IMG/VR virus record: IMGVR_UViG_3300044641_003190
Span: 10,535-74,534 of that record
Reading direction: 5' to 3' (one strand)
From: a virus
DNA: 64,000 nt
Below are positions 59,130 to 64,000 of this stretch, in pieces. Below the pieces are notes generated by a model. That model was given only the letters and a program-made list of their open reading frames with translations, had not been told where the DNA came from and ran no database searches. The position numbers and the translations under genes were made by a program. Every line of letters begins with the position of its first letter. Within the stretch, counting starts at the first letter, position 1.

Positions 59130-59812
59130 ATATTGCCTATAAAGTTTTTCATACACCTGGAATACAAAAAGAACGTGATGAGTCTTATAATAAAATTAAT
59201 TCCTACCTGTCTAGTAAAATAAATATATTAGATACCCCAACCATAAAAATATCTTCAGAAAAAGATTATGTAGATTTTTTAAGAAATAATCCAAAATTTA
59301 TTATAAATAAAGATGGATATGAATTAGCTGGAGAGTCTGGATGGAGATTCGGAGAAATTGGAATATTGGCTAGTAATTGGACTGCCTGGTGTAATTTTAT
59401 AAATTCACAGTATGATTATTTAATTTTAATGGAAGATGACATAAAGCATAATGATTTTTTTTATGAAAGGTTGACTGGTTATATACTAGAACTACCACCC
59501 GACTTTGATGTATTTAGTGCATTTGTTCCCAGAGATCAATTTGCAAAACATGATGTGCGATTAAATATTTCTGATGGAGACATATCATTATCTTACCAAG
59601 ATTGGTCATCTTTATGTTATGTAATTTCTAAGGAAGGTGCAAAAAAATTAATTAATGATTTTTATAATGTTAGTCTACCTTTAGACTGGTATATTTATAG
59701 GCAGACGGATAAATTTAATGTATATGCATTAAAGCCGACAGAAAACCCAATTTGTGATTTAATTGGGGTTGAATCAACCTTTCAAACAAAAGAAGGTAGG
59801 CACAGAATTTGA
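59126..59812 (+). CDS. Glycosyltransferase, GT25-like
   Basis: GEIG..AS...W.........ILMEDD, Y.IS..GA.KL, PLDW. Confidence 0.75.
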   Translation: MNIAYKVFHTPGIQKERDESYNKINSYLSSKINILDTPTIKISSEKDYVDFLRNNPKFIINKDGYELAGESGWRFGEIGILASNWTAWCNFINSQYDYLILMEDDIKHNDFFYERLTGYILELPPDFDVFSAFVPRDQFAKHDVRLNISDGDISLSYQDWSSLCYVISKEGAKKLINDFYNVSLPLDWYIYRQTDKFNVYALKPTENPICDLIGVESTFQTKEGRHRI

Positions 59813-60597
59813 TACCAAAAATAATATGGCAAACATATAAAGACAAAATCGATGATTTGCCAGACTATGCTGTGCAAGCAATGTCTACCTGGATGGAGCA
59901 TAACCCAGGTTGGGAGCATAGATACGTAGATGACTCAGAAGCCAGAGACTTTATTGTTTCCGAATATGGAAATGAGTACGCAGAAATATTTGATAATCTT
60001 CCAGTGCCAGTAATGCGTGGAGACATGTGGAGATATTTGGTTATTTATAAGTACGGTGGTGTTTATGCGGATCTAGATACAGTATGCTTATCCCCCATAG
60101 ATTCTTGGATCGGTGAAGACTATAGTATGGTTGTGTGTCCAGAAAATAACCTGCACTTTTGCCAGTGGGCTTTTGCGGCGGAGCCTGGTCATCCAGTAAT
60201 GAAATCGGTAGTTGAAGCAATGATTAATAGGTTAAGAAATCCAGACTACTCAATAAAACATTTTGTACACATACATACTGGTCCAGGTGTCTGGACAGAA
60301 GGCATATACAACGGGCTTGGTATAAATAAAGATAAGCATAATTGTGGTAAAGATAATGAAAATGGAGTATGCGAACACCACTCGCTAATACTTGACTCAA
60401 TAGAGTATAATGGATATATGAGAACAAAAGAACTTGGATTTCATTGCTATAGCTCTATTCAAGAGGACGAAGAGTCTTTTTATGGGTGGAGAATATTTCA
60501 TAACAAAGCAATTAAGCATATCTACGGAAGTCAAAATTGGAACGACGGAAGATATACCCAATGGATAAAAGATGAACTAGTTAAGGGGATAGAATGA
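59809..60597 (+). CDS. Glycosyltransferase, GT32/DXD (OCH1-like)
   Basis: IPKIIWQT, W...NP.W, D.WRY....YGGVYADLD, HP......TGP. Confidence 0.88.
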   Translation: MIPKIIWQTYKDKIDDLPDYAVQAMSTWMEHNPGWEHRYVDDSEARDFIVSEYGNEYAEIFDNLPVPVMRGDMWRYLVIYKYGGVYADLDTVCLSPIDSWIGEDYSMVVCPENNLHFCQWAFAAEPGHPVMKSVVEAMINRLRNPDYSIKHFVHIHTGPGVWTEGIYNGLGINKDKHNCGKDNENGVCEHHSLILDSIEYNGYMRTKELGFHCYSSIQEDEESFYGWRIFHNKAIKHIYGSQNWNDGRYTQWIKDELVKGIE

Positions 60598-61148
60598 TTA
60601 TTGGATTAAGTGGATATGCAAGGTCTGGAAAAGATACTGTTGCAGAGATACTTGTATTGAATCACGGATTTAAAAGATTAGCTTTTGCAGACAATATTAG
60701 AAAAGCTATTATTAAGTTAGACCCAATACTAGAAAATGGAAAGCGTATCTCTGATATGGTTGATGAGTATGGTTGGGAAATTGCAAAATCTTATGAGGAA
60801 GCCAGAAGACTTCTCCAGGTATTTGGAACTGAAATAGGAAGAGACATGTTCGGACAAAACTTTTGGGTAGAGCAGGTATTTGAGGAAATGGATCTATATC
60901 CAATGTACGACAATTTTGTTATATCAGATGTTAGGTTTCCAAACGAAGCAGATATGATTGCCTGGAATCAAGGAGAGGTTTGGAGAATAAATAGGTCAAG
61001 CGTTTCTCCAATTAACTCTCATCCATCAGAGCTAGCGTTAGATGAATATAACTTTACAAGAACTTTATCAAATGACGGAACGATAGAAAATTTATCTAGG
61101 GAAGTTTCTTCAATACTAAGGGGTAGCAATGCCAATATATCAATATAA
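60594..61148 (+). CDS. Deoxynucleoside monophosphate kinase
   Basis: IIGLSGYARSGKDT, FAD, R.LLQ..GTE.GR, SDVRFPNE, H.SE. Confidence 0.9.
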   Translation: MIIGLSGYARSGKDTVAEILVLNHGFKRLAFADNIRKAIIKLDPILENGKRISDMVDEYGWEIAKSYEEARRLLQVFGTEIGRDMFGQNFWVEQVFEEMDLYPMYDNFVISDVRFPNEADMIAWNQGEVWRINRSSVSPINSHPSELALDEYNFTRTLSNDGTIENLSREVSSILRGSNANISI

Positions 61149-61329
61149 ATGTGACTGTGCCGAAGAGCCTGATCAAAATCCAGTTTTTGAATATGAGCGT
61201 AAGATAACAGATGCAGAGCCATTGTACATATGTCCAGAATGTGATATTCCAATGACAAGGGTGTACGGTGTCCCTGGAATATTATTTAATGGTTCTGGCT
61301 TTTATGCCACAGACAATAGGAAGGCATGA
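61129..61329 (+). CDS. FmdB-family zinc ribbon protein
   Basis: MPIY.YKC.C...F...CP.C....R......F.GSGFY.TD. Confidence 0.85.
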   Translation: MPIYQYKCDCAEEPDQNPVFEYERKITDAEPLYICPECDIPMTRVYGVPGILFNGSGFYATDNRKA

Positions 61330-61330
61330 G

Positions 61331-61861
61331 ATGACAGAATTAGAAAAACCATTTGAACAAATGAATGTTGTTGTTGAGATGAGTCTTAAGGGTTATAATC
61401 CAACAGAGATAGCTAAAGAGTTAGATATAAAAAGAGCTGATGTTCTTCGCATAATAGAAGAGTGGAAGTCTTATGCACAAAATGACAGAAGCATTCAGGA
61501 ACGTGCAAGAGAAGCTCTTGTTGCATCAGATCAACACTACAGCATGTTAATAAATCGTGCATGGGAAACTGTAGAGCAGTCAGACGTAGCAGCAGACCTA
61601 AAGGCAAAGGTATCGGCACTTAAGCTTGTGTCTGATATACAGTCTAAGCAAATGGAAATGTTGCAAAAGGCTGGTCTTTTAGATAATGCAGAAGTCGGAG
61701 CAAGGATAGCTGAAGCCGAAGAAAAGCAAGAGATCCTGATGGGAATCTTGAGAGATGTAACATCTGAATGTAGTCATTGCCGTAGAGAGGTTGCACAAAG
61801 GCTTTCTAGAATATCTGGTGCTGTTGAGCCGATACATATTGTGCAAGTAGACAATGGCTGA
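61331..61861 (+). CDS. Putative terminase small subunit (N-terminal HTH)
   Basis: GY.PTEIAKEL.I.R..V; helical; overlaps the terL start. Confidence 0.65.
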   Translation: MTELEKPFEQMNVVVEMSLKGYNPTEIAKELDIKRADVLRIIEEWKSYAQNDRSIQERAREALVASDQHYSMLINRAWETVEQSDVAADLKAKVSALKLVSDIQSKQMEMLQKAGLLDNAEVGARIAEAEEKQEILMGILRDVTSECSHCRREVAQRLSRISGAVEPIHIVQVDNG

Positions 61862-63647
61862 TTTTAGCGATTTTTTAAGCGCATTAGATAAAGATGAGTT
61901 TGAAGAAACCCCTGCGGATTTACATGAGTTTGTAACATCAACTAAATATTTAGGTCTTCCTCCGCTTTCTGAAAATCAGTATATTATGTTAAAATCAATG
62001 ACACAGATATACAAAAAAGAAACTCTTTTAAAATGGCTTGGCGAAGATGAAGGTGAAAAAAGATGGAAGCAGACATGTAATGAAGTTATTTTTCAGTTAG
62101 GAAAAGGTTCTGGAAAAGACTATACATCAACAATTGCGGCAGCTTACATAGCCCACTTACTATTATGTTTAAAGGATCCAGCAGTCTATTATGGTAAACC
62201 ACCAGGGGACTCAATTGATATTCTAAATGTTGCTATAAACGCAGTACAGGCAAACAACGTTTTCTTTAAGGGATTCAGGGCTAGGCTAGATAAGTCACCT
62301 TGGTTTGTTGGTAAGTATAATGCAAAAGCTGGCTCGGTAGAGTTTGATAAAAGCATTACTGTGCACTCTGGACACTCGGAAAGAGAAGCCTGGGAAGGAT
62401 ACAACGTAATGGTTGTAGTGCTTGATGAGATATCAGGATTTGCACTTGAGTCAACAACTGGTCATGATCAAGCTAAGACTGCACAATCTATTTATGATAT
62501 GTATCGTGCATCTGTATCTTCACGTTTCCCAGATTTTGGAAAGTTAATACTACTGTCTTTCCCTAGATTTAAAAATGACTTTATACAGCAAAAATATGAA
62601 GAGGTTGTATCCCAAAAGAGTGTCGTTATAAAATCTCACACCTTTATTCTTAATCCAGATCTTCCAGAAACAGAGCCAGGAAATACCTTTAGCGTACAGT
62701 GGGAAGAAGATGAGATAATTGCATATAAGATACCAAATGTTTATGCACTAAAAAGACCTACGTGGGAAATCAATCCAACTAGAAAGATTGAAGATTTTAA
62801 AATTGAGTTTTATAGAAATGCTGAAGATGCCCTATCGAGATTTGCCTGTATGCCACCAGAGGCAGTAGATGCTTTCTTTAAGTCTAGAGAAAAAATAGAG
62901 TCATCATTTAATAACCCAAACTTAGCTGTAGATTCATCGGGAAGGTTTGCCGAATGGTTTAGGCCACAAGATGATAGGGAATACTTCATACATATTGACT
63001 TAGCACAAAAACACGACCATTGTGCTGTAGCTATGGCCCATGTTGAAAAATGGGTAAATCTAAAAGTAGGAAATGAGTATGCACAATCTGCTCCCATGAT
63101 AACAGTAGATGCAGTAAGATACTGGACTCCAACATCATCTAAGAGCGTAGATTTTAGCGAAGTAAAAGATTACATTTTATCTTTAAAGCAGCGTGGCTTT
63201 AATATAAAGTTGGCTACATTTGATAGATGGAACTCACACGAAATGATGCAACAGTTAAAAGCATACGGAATGAATACAGAGTTGCTTTCAGTTGCAAAGA
63301 AACACTACGAAGACTTTGCTTTAATTATTGCTGAGGAGCGGGTTAAGGGACCAGTACTACCATTGCTTATAGATGAATTACTACAACTTAGAATTATAAG
63401 AGATAGAGTAGACCACCCAAGAAAAGGATCTAAGGATCTTGCAGATGCTGTTTGCGGGGCAATATATAATTCTATATATCACTCCAGACGTAGAGAAAAT
63501 AAAGAAATTGAAGTTCATACGTTTAAAGAAATGCAGAGAGATAACTATTTAGATGAGCAACAAAAACAGGTCAAAAATTTAATTCAACCTCCAAGACAAA
63601 TGCCTCAAGAGCTTTCCGATGCATTGGGTAGTATGGGCATAGTATAA
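61854..63647 (+). CDS. terL: Terminase large subunit
   Basis: LGKGSGKD Walker A, VVVLDE Walker B, HIDLA, FDRWNS, KDLADAV nuclease motifs. Confidence 0.92.
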   Translation: MADFSDFLSALDKDEFEETPADLHEFVTSTKYLGLPPLSENQYIMLKSMTQIYKKETLLKWLGEDEGEKRWKQTCNEVIFQLGKGSGKDYTSTIAAAYIAHLLLCLKDPAVYYGKPPGDSIDILNVAINAVQANNVFFKGFRARLDKSPWFVGKYNAKAGSVEFDKSITVHSGHSEREAWEGYNVMVVVLDEISGFALESTTGHDQAKTAQSIYDMYRASVSSRFPDFGKLILLSFPRFKNDFIQQKYEEVVSQKSVVIKSHTFILNPDLPETEPGNTFSVQWEEDEIIAYKIPNVYALKRPTWEINPTRKIEDFKIEFYRNAEDALSRFACMPPEAVDAFFKSREKIESSFNNPNLAVDSSGRFAEWFRPQDDREYFIHIDLAQKHDHCAVAMAHVEKWVNLKVGNEYAQSAPMITVDAVRYWTPTSSKSVDFSEVKDYILSLKQRGFNIKLATFDRWNSHEMMQQLKAYGMNTELLSVAKKHYEDFALIIAEERVKGPVLPLLIDELLQLRIIRDRVDHPRKGSKDLADAVCGAIYNSIYHSRRRENKEIEVHTFKEMQRDNYLDEQQKQVKNLIQPPRQMPQELSDALGSMGIV

Positions 63648-63667
63648 CCGTTTTGGTAGTCATTTCC

Positions 63668-63676
63668 TGATATAAT
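63668..63676 (+). promoter_or_regulatory. Extended -10 promoter TGaTATAAT
   Basis: Intergenic after terL. Confidence 0.55.
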
Positions 63677-63715
63677 TAACCCAGTAATCATTGTATTGCT
63701 GGGGAGAATTGGAAA

Positions 63716-64000
63716 ATTAATAAATTAAGACTAGTATTTGGATCTTTTATACTGACCGTGTTTCTTCTTTTCATGGGTCAATCCTACTCCTATGCTACAG
63801 ATAGTAATTCACAGGAACAAGTAATTGTAAGCCCTGCACAGCAGGCAGTTAATACGGCTTTATCAACAGCCACAGCAGAAGTTCAGCAGGCAATAGACTC
63901 AACTACAACAGCAGCAACAGAAATAGTTCAGGCACAAACCGAATATTCACAAGCCCAGTCTGTAACTACAGAGATAGCATCAAAAATATCTTTAGCTAAT
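63716..64000 (+). CDS. Exported Ala/Thr/Gln-rich protein, 3' partial, probable ATT start
   Basis: (I)NKLRLVFGSFILTVFLLFMGQSYSYA|TDSNSQEQVIVSPAQQAVNTALSTATAEV... reads as a signal peptide; GGGGAG at 63701-06; frame open to the window end. Confidence 0.65.
   Translation, partial: MNKLRLVFGSFILTVFLLFMGQSYSYATDSNSQEQVIVSPAQQAVNTALSTATAEVQQAIDSTTTAATEIVQAQTEYSQAQSVTTEIASKISLAN

Noticed and set aside
1847-63097. Numerous minus-strand and alternate-frame ORFs in the track (e.g. 16513..17286, 24877..25467, 32073..32933)
   Set aside because: They are shadows of well-supported plus-strand genes with biased codon usage and show no RBS or recognisable motifs.
48215-63647. Inteins or introns in DnaB, DnaE, RecA or TerL
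   Set aside because: Protein lengths are normal and contiguous; no intein C/HN termini or LAGLIDADG inserts seen.
1-64000. Stop-codon reassignment, tRNA genes, integrase/att sites
   Set aside because: Core genes are intact in the standard code and use TAA, TAG and TGA as stops. Intergenic gaps are short with no cloverleaf or T-loop motifs seen by eye. No recombinase of integrase type is present.

Overview
The window is 64 kb of an AT-rich (by eye about mid-30s % GC) tailed dsDNA phage genome with siphovirus architecture. The host is most likely an actinobacterium: the PduO and FmdB proteins look actinobacterial, several transcripts look leaderless, and the gene order resembles large Streptomyces BE/BK-like phages. 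Left to right: (1) the end of a probable cobalamin module (anchored transcobalamin-like/DUF4430-type protein, a 44-aa membrane peptide, PduO adenosyltransferase); (2) about 21 kb of fibre/adhesin genes arranged as three 'stalk -> Gly-rich tip -> small helper' cassettes, interrupted by an inverted glycosyltransferase cassette with its own promoter; (3) head genes (portal, HK97-type protease with a nested scaffold start, MCP); (4) neck and tail genes (MTP, chaperones with a -1 frameshift, TMP, tail tip, FN3/S74 fibre); (5) replication and recombination genes (DnaB, primase, SSB, DnaE, MazG-like, RecA, PD-(D/E)xK resolvase, Cas4-like nuclease, RuvC); (6) two more glycosyltransferases, a dNMP kinase and both terminase subunits; (7) the start of an exported protein that seems to begin at ATT. 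I saw no tRNA, CRISPR array, integrase, reverse transcriptase, intein or lysis cassette. All calls come from reading motifs by eye; no searches were run.
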